A stretch of DNA of 64,000 nucleotides from Macrostomum hystrix (taxonomy: Eukaryota > Animalia > Platyhelminthes), in the NCBI GenBank assembly GCA_950097015.1, contig CATNEN010000007.1:3038001-3102000 (forward strand), given 5' to 3'. The translations under genes were made by a program, and so were the position numbers. Positions 22,585 to 35,500 of this stretch are shown here, in pieces (position 1 is the first letter of the stretch; the number at the start of each line of letters is the position of its first letter). Under the pieces are notes generated by a model, which was not told the origin of the DNA, searched no databases, and saw only the letters and a program-made list of their open reading frames with translations.

Positions 22585-24115
22585 CAGATTCTCATAAGAT
22601 TCTCAACGATTCTCATAAGATTCTCAACGATTCTCATAAGATTCTCAACGATTCTCATAAGATTCTCAACGATTCTCATAAGATTCTCAACGATTCTCAT
22701 AAGATTCTCAACGATTCTCATTATATTCTCAACGATTCTCATTATATTCTCAACGATTCTCATAAGATTCTCAACGATTGTCATTATATTCTCAACGATT
22801 CTCATAAGATTCTCAACGATTCTCATTATATTCTCAACGATTCTCATTATATTCTCAACGATTCTCATTTTATTCTCAACGATTCTCATTATATTCTAAA
22901 CGATTCTCATTATATTCTAAACGATTCTCATTATATTCTAAACGATTCTAATTATATTCTAAACGATTCTAATTATATTCTAAACGATTCTCATTATATT
23001 CTAAACGATTCTCATTATATTCTCAACGATTCTCATTATATTCTCAATGATTCCCTAGGAATTCTCGACAATTCTCATAGAATTCTCAATGGTTCTCATA
23101 GAATTCTCAATGGTTCTCATAGAATTCTCAATGGTTCTAGTGGAATTCTCAATGGTTCTCATAGAATTCTCAATGGTTCTCATGGAATTCTCAATGGTTC
23201 TCATGGAATTGTCAATGGTTCTCATAGAATTCTCAATGGTTCTCGTGGAATTCTCAATGGTTCTCATAGAATTCTCAATGGTTCTCGTGGAATTCTCAAT
23301 GGTTCTCATAGAATTCTCAATGGTTCTCATGGAATTCTCAATGGTTCTCATAGAATTCTCAATGGTTCTCATGGAATTCTCAATGGTTCTCATAGAATTC
23401 TCAATGGTTCTCATGGAATTCTCAATGTTTCTCATAGAATTCTCAATGGTTCTCATAGAATTCTCAATGGTTCTCATAGAATTGTCAATGGTTCTCATAG
23501 AATTCTCAATGGTTCTCATGGAATTCTAAATGGTTCTCATAGAATTGTCAATGGTTCTCATGGAATTCTCAATGGTTCTCATAGAATTCTCAATGGTTCT
23601 CATAGAATTCTCAATGGTTCTCATAGAATTCTCAATGGTTCTCTAGAATTCTCAATGTTTCTCATAGAATTGTCAATGGTTCTCATAGAATTCTCAATGG
23701 TTCTCATAGAATTCTCAATGGTTCTCATAGAATTCTCAATGGTTCTCATGGAATTCTCAATGGTTCTCATAGAATTCTCAATGGTTCTCATAGAATTGTC
23801 AATGGTTCTCATGGAATTCTCAATGGTTCTCATAGAATTCTCAATGGTTCTCATAGAATTCTCAATGGTTCTCATAGAATTCTCAATGGTTCTCATAGAA
23901 TTCTCAATGGTTCTCATGGAATTCTCAATGGTTCTCATAGAATTCTCAATGGTTCTCATAGAATTCTCAATGGTTCTCATAGAATTCTCAATGTTTCTCA
24001 TAGAATTCTCAATGGTTCTCATAGAATTCTCAATGGTTCTCATAGAATTCTCAATGGTTCTCATAGAATTCTCAATGGTTCTCATGGAATTCTCAATGGT
24101 TCTCATAGAATTGTC
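22585..24115 (+). repeat. 21-bp minisatellite (CTCATAGAATTCTCAATGGTT and related variants)
   Basis: About 72 units with block-wise variant domains. Confidence 0.98.
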
Positions 24116-24595
24116 AAGTGAACGATTCTTTTACGAATTGAGAAGCGTTGAAGAGATTTCAATAACTGCATCTGCAATCGTTTATTGGTGAGTAGTTCAT
24201 CCTGGTATAAGGACTAGTACATGCCGTAAGTATATTTTTAAATTTACGGTGTACTTTTATTAGATTTCGCTGTCATAAAAAAAAGAATTGAAGCGTTCAA
24301 CACAATGTAACACTTCCCTTCCTAATAAAATATGCGTTCACCCGTGCATTGCATTTTCCTAAATTTTCCAATCAATTTTTTACCAATACGACTAGGGGGG
24401 GCCCAAAATAAAAGTGCACGCAAATATATTTCTCCACCTCGTAACACTCTTGATTGCTAGAAAATATTTTAATGCTGAACATGGAAAATGGTTAGGAATT
24501 CATTGAAACTGGCACTTCTTTCACGTGTTCGCTTCACCGTAAAACTTTACCGCTATGCATCGATTTGATTTAGCTAGTCAAACTTAAATTTTCAA

Positions 24596-24686
24596 CTTAC
24601 TGGATAAGATGTGAGGTGTACAGTTTGAGCTTACTGGATAAGATGTGAGGTGTGCAGTTTGAGCTTACTGGATAAGATGTGAGGTG
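24596..24686 (+). repeat. 34-bp tandem repeat, 2.7 copies
   Basis: CTTACTGGATAAGATGTGAGGTGTRCAGTTTGAG starts at 24596, 24630 and 24664. Confidence 0.9.
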
Positions 24687-25320
24687 CTCTGTTTTAATCT
24701 TTAGTCGCTAAGCACTGACGCCTAATTTCAAGTAGTACTCCAGGATTAGTACAAACAATTTCCAAAGCGTCAGCTGATGTGATAAATGATATTTCGGCCT
24801 ATGAAAGCAGCACAGCCCTGCTTTGGTGTGTTGTGAAACTGTGCTTGGAGCAACAGTACAGACTGGTTCCCCGTTTATCCCAGTGTTCCAAGGTAGGACT
24901 GCCTGATCCACAGAATTTAGTTCATCCAGTGCGGTGCTAATTGGATCCGGTCCGGTCAGTTTCTGGTCCTTCAACCTCTAAGCTGTCCGTCGCGGACTGA
25001 TAAATCGATCCCAAATTTGTCCCTGCAAGCTGAGAATCGAATCAAGGCTGGCTTAGAGATCAAAGCGCATGAAAATTCGACGCCTAGCCGGCCCTGGCAG
25101 GGCGCAAGGAATCCCTGGGAAATTTCTGCGAATCGGGTGGAGCGGGGGGAGTAAATTCCTCTCGAACCAAATGCCTCTCTCTAAGTCCTTTCTCTCTTCC
25201 CTATCGATGGACTAAAAACTATGATGAAGACATCGCGATGCACATTTGCACTTTTAGTGTGCAAGGAGTTTGCACTGTTCGCGCGGGAAATTTAAACAAA
25301 AATCATTCGCAAGAATTCGT

Positions 25321-25660
25321 GGGGTGAGTGGCAGAGCGGTTCAACGCGGTTGCCTCTCGCGCCAAGGTCCCTGAGCTCGATTCCGCGGCCAGGCCACATT
25401 CGTTTGGGGCGCAGCCGCGGAGAGAAGGCTTGGGGGCTCGTCGTGCTATTTACGCCCTTGAGGGCCAACCTCCAAGGTACAGTGAGAGTGTACACTGCCT
25501 GACGATGAGAAAGTCATCGGTATCTGTGTACGGTGCAGTATCTGTGTGCGTGTGTTCTCAGGAGTCAGCGAAATGGGCAGAATTGCCTCCTCGCTGGCTG
25601 CGTGTCTAGTGTCACTAAGTAATGTGCCACTGCCCGCAGTCCTCCGGCAATTATTATTTT
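25321..25660 (+). mobile_element. tRNA-derived SINE, copy 2
   Basis: Same A/B boxes and body as 19554-19890, with scattered substitutions and indels. Confidence 0.75.
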
Positions 25661-26269
25661 TGCTACTATTTGCCAGAATTCAACATTCCGCATGGGACGG
25701 AATGGGCGAGTATTGCTAACTGAATTCAGCCTCCATTTAAGTCATATTTTAAACGAACTCGTGGCATGGTTGAACCTGAGAATTCAAAAAGTGTTCTCTC
25801 TCTTACAAGCGTATTTCAGTAAAAAAAAGTAACTCTCGTTTGCGCACACAATGCTTGCATACAGTAAGAACAGTTTGTTAGATTTCCTAACCCGAAGCAA
25901 GTGGAAGAAGATTGCCCCGAGAACTGAAAAGTAGCTAGTAAAGCAAGCAAGTGGTCACTTATGGCCGCCCAGTTGACTGACAGCCAATCAGATCCCTGGC
26001 CGTCTCCAGGGACGCAAACAGGGAAAAGTGCAAGTTTGAACAAGCCAGTGCCAGAGCCTCCTCTAGCAGAAATTATTTTGCATTCCGCATAAACAGAATA
26101 CTTGTCTCTGTGAACTTTCTCGTTCCGTTTCGATCGCCGAGTTTTTCTGAGTGAAAAGAAAGGAATTGCTTTCAAGGAATAGAAGCACCCGTAGAAACTC
26201 AAAAACACTAAAATGAAATCTAAAAGTTAAACTTTTCAACTCTCCTTAAACTACATGACAGATCTTCAT

Positions 26270-27305
26270 CTGTCTCTCTCTCCTGTCTCTCTTTTCTCTC
26301 TCTCCTGTCTCTCTCTTTTCTCTCTCTCTCCTGTCTCTCTCTTTTCTCTCTCTCTCCTGTCTCTCTTTTTTTTCTCTCCTGTCTCTCTTTTCTCTCTCTC
26401 TCCTGTCTCTCTCTTTTCTCTCTCTCCTGTCTCTCTCTTTTCTCTCTCTCTCCTGTCTCTCTCTCCTGTCTCTCTCTCTCCTGTCTCTCTCTCCTGTCTC
26501 TCTCTTTTCTCTCTCTCCTGTCTCTCTCTCCTGTCTCTCTCTCCTGTCTCTCTCTTTTCTCTCTCTCCTGTCTCTCTCTTTTCTCTCTCTCTCCTGTCTC
26601 TCTCTCCTGTCTCTCTCTCTCCTGTCTCCATGGACGCAGCGGGGAGGCGAGGATCGCCCATACCGCTACTCTCCTGTCTCTCTCTTTTCTCTCTCTCTCC
26701 TGTCTCTCTCTTTTCTCTCTCTCTCCTGTCTCTCTTTTTTTTCTCTCCTGTCTCTCTTTTCTCTCTCTCCTGTCTCTCTCTTTTCTCTCTCTCCTGTCTC
26801 TCTCTTTTCTCTCTCTCCTGTCTCTCTCTCCTGTCTCTCTCTCCTGTCTCTCTCTCCTGTCTCTCTCTTTTCTCTCTCTCCTGTCTCTCTCTCCTGTCTC
26901 TCTCTCCTGTCTCTCTCTTTTCTCTCTCTCTCCTGTCTCTCTCTCCTGTCTCTCTCTCTCCTGTCTCCATGGACGCAGCGGGGAGGCGAGGATCGCCCAT
27001 ACCGCTACTCTCCTGTCTCTCTCTTTTCTCTCTCTCTCCTGTCTCTCTCTCCTATTTCTCTCTCCTGTCTCTCTCTCCTGTCTCTCTCTCCTATTTCTCT
27101 CTCCTGTCTCTCTCTCTCCTGTCTCTCTCTCCTATTTCTCTCTCCCGTCTCTCTCCTGTCTCTCTCTCCTGTCTCTCTCTCTCTCCTGTCTCTCTTTCCT
27201 CTCTTTCCCGTCTCTATCTTCTCTCTGCTGTCTCTCTCTCTTCTCTCTCCTGTCTCTCTTCTCGACCTCTCATGTCCCTCTCATGTCCCTCTCCTGTCTC
27301 CCTCT
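26270..27305 (+). repeat. CT-rich microsatellite (CTCTCCTGT-type) with a 339-bp internal duplication
   Basis: Direct inspection. Confidence 0.97.
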
Positions 27306-27694
27306 CAGATATGAGAATTGAATTTGCAAAGCTTCATAAGGACAGTCGATGTCGTGGCTGAAAGAAATTAGATTTATTGCACTTCAGACACGCTTGACAA
27401 AGAAGCGCTTGACTTGTCTCGGCTTGAAAATCAAAGTACAGCAGATCCATTCGACTGGCATTTCTATGCAGCATTCAAATTTGTGTAGCCTTGATTCTTT
27501 ATTAACCCCTACGCGGGCAGGCTATTGGGGAAGGGACGCCCAGATGGCATTGATCAGTCAGCTTCCCAGGTCTCCGAATCCCCGTGTCCCACCTGTCTGT
27601 TTCAACTGCGCTGTTCAGGTGACCTTTCTAAAGCTGTTTATGGGCCGATAAGCCGTTGCGAAGTTGCTTGGGAGGTGCCTGGAGTGCGCGCGGG

Positions 27695-28618
27695 TGTGTG
27701 TGTGAGTGTGTGTGAGTGTGAGTGTGAGTGTGAGTGTGTGTGAGTGTGTGAGTGTGTGAGTGTGAGTGTGTGAGTGTGTGAGTGTGTGAGTGTGTGAGTG
27801 TGAGTGTGAGTGTGTGTGTGTGTGTGAGTGTGTGAGTGTGTGAGTGTGAGTGTGAGTGTGTGTGTGTGTGTGAGTGTGTGAGTGTGTGTGAGTGTGTGAG
27901 TGTGTGAGTGTGTGTGAGTGTGTGTGTGTGAGTGTGAGTGTGAGTGTGAGTGTGAGTGTGTGAGTGTGTGTGAGTGTGTGAGTGTGTGAGTGTGTGAGTG
28001 TGTGAGTGTGTGAGTGTGAGTGTGTGAGTGTGAGTGTGAGTGTGTGAGTGTGAGTGTGTGTGTGTGAGTGTGAGTGTGAGTGTGTGAGTGTGTGAGTGTG
28101 TGAGTGTGTGAGTGTGTGAGTGTGTGAGTGTGAGTGTGTGAGTGTGAGTGTGAGTGTGTGAGTGTGAGTGTGTGTGTGTGAGTGTGAGTGTGAGTGTGAG
28201 TGTGTGAGTGTGAGTGAGTGTGTGTGTGTGTGAGTGTGAGTGTGAGTGTGAGTGTGTGTGTGTGTGTGTGAGTGTGTGAGTGTGTGTGAGTGTGTGTGAG
28301 TGTGTGTGAGTGTGTGAGTGTGAGTGTGAGTGTGAGTGTGAGTGTGTGAGTGTGAGTGTGAGTGTGTGAGTGTGAGTGTGTGTGTGTGAGTGTGAGTGTG
28401 AGTGTGAGTGTGTGAGTGTGAGTGTGAGTGTGTGAGTGTGAGTGTGTGTGTGTGAGTGTGAGTGTGAGTGTGAGTGTGTGAGTGTGAGTGAGTGTGAGTG
28501 TGTGAGTGTGAGTGTGTGTGTGTGAGTGTGAGTGTGAGTGTGAGTGTGTGAGTGTGAGTGTGTGAGTGAGTGTGTGAGTGTGTGAGTGTGTGAGTGAGTG
28601 TGTGAGTGTGTGTGAGTG
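27695..28618 (+). repeat. (GTGA/GTGTGA)n microsatellite
   Basis: About 0.9 kb composed only of GT/GA dinucleotides. Confidence 0.98.
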
Positions 28619-29398
28619 CCAGTCGTCACTCTTGGCTCTGTTAGGCCAGAAGTGTATCTTCATAGAAAATGTGTATCATGCATTATCGCGGTCGCTGTTG
28701 TGCGCTAACTACTTGCTGAGAAGAAGATAAAAGTTCGAATCATAGATTTCAATATTGTTTCGAAAAAATACTTGCACAAATAATTATCTTCTTATTATCT
28801 TCGGAGCCTTAACTGTAGTTCTGTAGCTTTAACTACAGAATACTGTATTGTGTGTTGTATATTATACTACAAAAATATAATATTCTATTGTATTGTATTC
28901 TGTAATATTCTCTGGCTTTAACTGAAGTTCAGAGGACCAATAATTGCCAGTTTAAATCACTTCGACGCGACAAAATTAGGGTAATCAAGAGACTAAAAAA
29001 ATTAACTTCTTGCTTTTTTCTTTAAGTGATGACCTACTAAAAGTAGTTGGACAAGCAAACCATGTTCAGAAAAAAAGTAAATTAAAAACACTTATGTTGA
29101 AAGGCCGTTAAATGTGCTTTTTTCTTAATTTGTCCATGCAAAAATGCCGACAATAAAAGCACTGGAAATGAACTCTGCTCGCGTTGCCTCTGCCGTAGGC
29201 GACAGCTCAAAGTGAGCAGACACAATAGGAATGAATTATGAATAGGCAAAAAGCTGAAATAATAGAAATTACTAAAGAAATAACTGGCTCAAGCCAATGC
29301 GCATACCTGGAGTCCGGAAATTGTGCCAAGTTGGATACTAGCTCGCAGATAAGATGAGGCAGCGCAGACCACACTGACGAAAGCCATTCTCTGCTTCT

Positions 29399-30430
29399 AT
29401 GGAGACAAGTTTCGCAATGTTTGCCGCAGCCCGGCGGCTGCTGCTGCTGCTGCTGCTGTTGCTTGTGTTTGCGTCAGAAGCGAGAGCGGCCAAACTCGAC
29501 ATGACGGAGCTGGACAGTTACCTGGCTAGAAAGCTAGACATTGTGTCCAACCTGACCGGCTGGAAGGCGCAGTCAATTTCTGCCACCGGCAGTCTTCAAA
29601 GTGGCGCTGCTCGCGTCGTCTATTTTGGCGATTTCGATTCAGCCGAAGCTTCGACATTCCAGAGCAGTCTGAACCTGCTGGCACTGCTGCCTCGATACGC
29701 CATCGCGTCGGCAGTTGGCAGCGTGGGCTTCGTTGACACGTCGACTACGGCGGGAGAGCGACTTCAGCGTCAACTCGGTGTTCGAATGAAGCACTCGATT
29801 GTCGGATGGCGCGGTGGAGTCCAGCAGGAGTTCCACGGCTACAGAAATGTGCAGCTGCTGCTTGATTTCGTTGATCGCCTTCGATCAGCGGAGCCTCAAC
29901 GGATTGACGGCCCCGATGGCAGGACCACGTTGACGTCGCTGAAAGAGCAACGAAGTCGCGAGGCGGTTGTGCTGCTGCTGAAGGACGGGGCAGAAGACCC
30001 GGCAATCGGCGCTTGGAGAACGGAACTGGCCGCCCTGTCGGTGCAGCTGCCGGCATACTTCGGGGCTGGTCGTCGAGTTGCCAACGCTTTTGGCGCTGTG
30101 CCGGGCTCCGTGGCTTACCGCAGCCCAGTCACCGGGTCGTTCGTTTCAGCGCGACTGCCCGACTTCAGCGGCAGGAGGCTGAGCGATCTGCTGCGCTATC
30201 TTCGCTCGGCCGAGTCGGTGATTCCGCTCAGCGCTGCCAATATCTACTTGCCCGCGGCGGAGGCGGATTTCTGGGACGAAGAGGCTGGGGTCAGTAGCGG
30301 AAGTGGCTGCGGACTCAACAGAAAACTGCGAGACAGGCCACTTCTAGTTTTACTTGTGGATCCGGAGGCTCAAGCGACTGCTATCGCTGCCATGTCGCTG
30401 ATGAAGCGACTGCTCAGCATCCGCCGGCAT

Positions 30431-30461
<31 letters not shown>

Positions 30462-30775
30462 TAGAATGCTGGCTGGCAGCCTCGCTGAATCCCTGGCGCA
30501 AAGTTGCCGGGGAACCGGTAGTTGACTGGCGAGGCATTCTTGGCGGAGCGCCACTGGACCGCGGGCCCAGCTTCCTGCTCACCAGCAACCGTCGCTTCGG
30601 CGGAGGCGACATCCTCGATCCCGACGATGTCTTCGACCTGGACAGCTGGCAGCTTAAAGAGTACGACTCGGTGGGGTTCGAGGCTGCCCTGGCAGAGCTG
30701 CTGGCGTGGCTGAGGCGCAGGATCAGCAGCGCGGGGGAGAGAGATGACCGACTGCGGACTGCTGACGAACTGTGA
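29399..30775 (+). CDS. Single-exon ER-luminal protein, thioredoxin/PDI-like fold without CxxC, C-terminal ADEL
   Basis: Hydrophobic signal peptide (LLLLLLLLVFASEARA), a segment resembling EFHGYR...LLDFV and a KDEL-like ADEL terminus. Contains a Q9 tract. The fold assignment is tentative. Confidence 0.7.
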
Positions 30776-31079
30776 TGAAATCCTGCTTTTAACGAATTCA
30801 ATAGTATATTTTTGTAAGATGTAAATGAAAGTACAAACTAAATTTACGAGTATGGATCCTGTACAATTTATTTTTTTACACCAAGAGTGTTAGAAGTAAG
30901 CGGTCTTATTAAATTATTATGAATTTAAAGTTTGCATTTTAGTGAAAGTATTAAATAAAAAAATCACCTATCCATACTGCCGCTAGTAATCCAAGGGCGG
31001 TAGTCCAAAAAGCTTTGTAATCATAGTTAATGTCGTCTGAATAGTACAAATTATATAATTTTAGATTCTCTACAATCCA

Positions 31080-32050
31080 GCATTCTATGGATTCTCTCAG
31101 TCTGTAGTCTATAGATTCTCTCAGTCTGTAGTCTATAGATTCTCTCAGTCTGTAGTCTATGGATTCTCTTAGTCTGTAGTCTATGGATTCTCTCACTCTG
31201 TAGTCTATGGATTCTCTCAGTCTGTAGTCTATGGATTCTCTCAGTCTGTAGTCTTTAGATTCTCTCAGTCTGTAGTCTATGTACTCTACAGTCTATAGAT
31301 TATCTATAGTCTGTAGTCTATATATTCTCTCAGTCTGTAGTCCATGGATTCTCTCACTCTCTAGTCTATGGATTCTCTCAGTCTGTAGTCTATAGATTCT
31401 CTCAGTCTGTAGTCTATAGATTCTCTATAGTCTGTAGTCTATGGATTCTCTCAGTCTGTAGTCTATGGATTCTCTCAGTCTGTAGTCTATGGATTCTCTC
31501 AGTCTGTAGTCTATGGATTCTCTCAGTCTGTAGTCTATGGATTCTCTCAGTCTGTAGTCTATGGATTCTCTCAGTCTGTAGTCTATGGATTCTCTCAGTC
31601 TGTAGTCTATGGATTCTCTCAGTCTGTAGTCTATGGATTCTCTCAGTCTGTAGTCTATGGATTCTCTCAGTCTGTAGTCTATGTATTCTCTCAGTCTGTA
31701 GTCTATGGATTCTCTCAGTCTGTAGTCTATGGATTCTCTCAGTCTGTAGTCTATGGATTCTCTCAGTCTGTAGTCTATAGATTCTCTCAGTCTGTAGTCT
31801 ATGGATTCTCTCAGTCTGTAGTCTATGGATTCTCTCAGTCTGTAGTCTATGGATTCTCTCAGTCTGTAGTCTATGGATTCTCTCAGTCTGTAGTCTATAG
31901 ATTCTCTATAGTCTGTAGTCTATGGATTCTCTCAGTCTGTAGTCTATGGATTCTCTCAGTCTGTAGTCTATGGATTCTCTCAGTCTGTAGTCTATGGATT
32001 CTCTCAGTCTGTAGTCTATGGATTCTCTCAGTCTGTAGTCTATGGATTCT
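31080..32050 (+). repeat. 24-bp minisatellite (GGATTCTCTCAGTCTGTAGTCTAT)n
   Basis: About 40 units. Confidence 0.98.
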
Positions 32051-33077
32051 CTGCAGTCTAATCTAAGGTTTGTTTACAGGCTAATTAAATTTAAACCCAA
32101 TCAAATTAGAATTCGGAATTTCGCATGCTCAAATATCTGAATTTGCCACATTGTCTCCAGGCCGGGTCAGCACCGCAAATTCCAGTGTTAATGAATAAAA
32201 ATGAGAACAAAAATTTCAAATGGAAATCGCACATCAAACAGCTCAACGCAGATGGTGAGCAGGAGAAAGCAGGCTTATGGATTATTCAAGCCAAATGGCT
32301 GTCTAATAAGTGCCAAGAAACAAGACAAATGGCTGATCATGCCTAGTGTTGCTTCAGTCCGTTTAAAAGGCTGATTTAGCTGTGGCTGATGTAGAATTCA
32401 ATTGGTCACCAAGACAGCCCAGCAGAGCGCCTGCGTCGTATGCTTTTGATCAATAAAGCTATTGATGACGTTAGGAAGCACATAGGAAACAATTGCTTTT
32501 TATGTTGTCTGTTAAAGAAAGCAATAAAATTTCGTTTTAAAAGAGATTTGAAAAAGTGAAAGCGAGAGAGAGGGAGGGATAAGGGGTGGAAGATAGAGGG
32601 AGAGAGAAAGAGTAGAATATTGAATGAGGGAGATAGGGAGTAGAATATAGAAGGAGAGAGATAGGGAGTAGAATATAGAAGGAGGGAGATAGGGAGTAGA
32701 ATATAGAGTAGAATATCGTAAATTGAAAAATGCACTTTCTCAAATTAATTCCTAAACTAAATGTCCGTATAACTCTATATAAAATTGACTTGTTCTTTTC
32801 CACAAAGAGTCCAAAATCCATAACAGTCTGACTGTCCTGATCCACCCCTCAGCCGAGTCGAATGCTGATTGGAATTCCGCTGCCACCATCGAGTTGTTGA
32901 ATTAGCGCGGGGAAGACGAAGGAGTTGGACCAGCCAGAGGAAAGCTCGCGCTCAGTTCCCGCTACCCAGACAGAGCCTGAGAACTGTTCTTTCTGATTGG
33001 TTGGAACGCTTCTAGGCTTCGGATAATACTACGCGTGTTTATGAGAAGTCCGCTTTTGAGCCGCTCTGTGCTGGGAC

Positions 33078-35021
33078 ATGGCTTCCGCAGCTCTGGTGGT
33101 TTTGCTGCTGCTACTGCACGCCATCTCGTCGATTCGGGCCATCAGCTCGGAGGAGGTCGACATCTCGAATCCTGGTGGTCACAGCTGGTCCAGGGAGCAC
33201 TCGCGGCTGCCGCCAGACCTCGAGATCGAGGGCAGCTCGCGCCGGTTTCCAAACGTCAGTGTGTTTCGCGTCCTACGTCACGGATGCTTCGACCTGGACG
33301 TCACGCAGTTCTGTGCCAACCGGCTGACCGGCTTCGCCTGCCTGTTTTGGATCGACACCCACGCCACCGACAAGGCGGCCAGCGTCAACGACGCCTCCAA
33401 GCTGGAGGACAACCTCAGACAGGCCGGTCTTGATGCCGACTTCTTCGAGACGCTGGATTGTGAGGACGATTAGCGAATTCGTTGGTCATTCCAGTTTAAA
33501 TTACAGTGCATTCATATCTAGAAAGACCAAAGTTTTCCGCCCTTTACCATCTGATTGACTTGATTTCCGTGATTTCCATCCCCAGTCTCTAGAGGCGTCG
33601 GCGCGATCTCTCAGCCGAAGCAGAACGGAGATTCATCGAAGACGTTCAGCCAAAATATTGACTTCTCCGAAGACAGGAACGGCACAGTTTCCAGCGACAT
33701 TCGAACGGCCTTCGGTGGCCTCCCGCCGCTTGTGCCGGAGTCAGCCGCTGACGAGGACCAGCACCCACCGCTGTCGAATAGTCAACAGCCTCGGCAGGAG
33801 CGGACACAGCAGCATGACTCAGCATCGAAGATGGATGAGCCGCAGCCGGACTGTACCATCTATCGGGGTCGGGTCGACATTCCGACCAGCTGGCGAGGGC
33901 TATTCGCAGTCGGCCTTCCGCTAGTCATCGCCATTGGCGGCATCGGCTGCGCCGCCACCGCCGTCGTATTCGCCCGTCTAGGACGTCGCCAGCTGCCAGT
34001 CTGCTGCTATCTGACCGTCGTGTCCTGCGTCGACGTGCTGGAACTGGTCATCCGAGCCGGTGACCTCTGGCTGCGAGCGATCTCCAGTGCCGACGTCACC
34101 TTCATGCTGTTATTCGCCTGCCAGACCTGCTGCCAGGTCTACCCGATGGTGTACAGCTTTGCGCACCACCTGCGCCAGTTCTGCTGCGTAGCGGCCGCGG
34201 CGGACACGCTGGCGCTCTACAGACGGCCGGCGCAGGCCTACCGACAGCTCACTCGCGATCGCGTCTTCAACAGCTGCACCCTGTTCTGCGCCATCCTGCT
34301 TAGCATCAACTGCCAGTTCCTCTGGACGTTTAGCCTCTCACGCACCGACGGCCACAGCCCAGCTGGGAACCGCGGCTACCACTGCGGCTTCTCGGACAAG
34401 TGGGTCGCCATCGCCTACCGCTCGCTGGTCTGGCCCGGGATCGACTTCTTCCTCGGCGACCTGCTGCCAACTCTGGCTGCCGTCTGGTGCGGCCTCGGAG
34501 CTCTGCGCTGCCTGAGGCTTGGGCGAACCGAATCGGATCGGCGCTCTGGCGGTGACGTTCGGGACGGACTCCGGGCCGCAGCCTTGCTGGCCTCAGCTGG
34601 CTGGCTGCCGCTCGGCCTTCCAGAGATCTGCTTTCACGCCTACCGACTGTGCGCCAGCGCAGACCACGCTCTCCGGCATCACATCCTGCCGCGGCAAAGC
34701 ATCCGGCGCCTGCTGGACAATCGACACGCTCAGCTTGGCTGGGCGGATCGGAGCAGCCACCAGGATCAGCTCTTCAACGTCGAAACCGCCTGCTGGGCCG
34801 CCCACTTCGCCTGGCTGTGCTCGCGGGCTCCGCTCCTGGCAGCCGTTTCGCCGCCGTTTCGAAGCGAAATCCGCGTCCGCTTTTTTCGACCGGCGCAGCT
34901 GCTGGCGCTGCGACTCGCGCCGCTCGTGCCGTCGCTGCGCTTTTGGCGCGGGAACTGCGTGAACAAGCCGACTTATGACGATCGTGTGGAGAGCGTCGAA
35001 ATGGTAGTTGATGAGGTGTGA
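33078..35021 (+). CDS. Divergent class A-like GPCR with signal peptide and long ectodomain; exons 33078-33459 and 33586-35021 (605 aa)
   Basis: The phase-1 donor T|GTGAGG at 33460 matches the acceptor TTTCCATCCCCAG|TC at 33585, and the frame stays open from 33586 into the 7TM ORF. It has TM2 VSCVD, a TM3-entry Cys, an ECL2 Cys and helix 8 PPFRSEI. Confidence 0.8.
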
Positions 35022-35209
35022 CTGAGGACCCAATTGTTATTCAAAAATACACCTGATAGTACTTGAATGAGATACATTTTTTGGATTTCCTGGACAGCTC
35101 CATGCTTTGACTATTGCAAGTGAATCTTCTTTCCTCATTGTAGAAATTAATCGGATGTCAGCTAATCGTACAGTACATGCAATTAGCGATCTTTGCCTTC
35201 TGTCCTGCA

Positions 35210-35500
35210 GTCGCCGCCACAGCTGCCTCACTGGTCATTCAGTGCATCAAAGCTATATTACTGGTCATTCAGAGCATCACAGCTACCTTACTGGTCATTC
35301 AGAGCATCACAGCTACCTCACTGGTCATTCAGAGCATCACAGCTACCTCACTGGTCATTCAGAGCATCACAGCTACCTCACTGGTCATTCAGTGCATCAC
35401 AGCTACCTCACTGGTCATTCAGAGCATCACAGCTACCTCACTGGTCATTCAGTGCATCACAGCTACCTCACTGGTCATTCAGAGCATCACAGCTACCTGA
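35210..35500 (+). repeat. 30-bp minisatellite (CACAGCTACCTCACTGGTCATTCAGAGCAT)n
   Basis: About 9-10 units. Confidence 0.96.

Noticed and set aside
20861-28663. Long periodic ORFs (HPFS, ILNDSH/ILNGSH, LSLS, THTH)
   Set aside because: All coincide with micro- or minisatellites whose unit length is a multiple of 3 or lacks stops.
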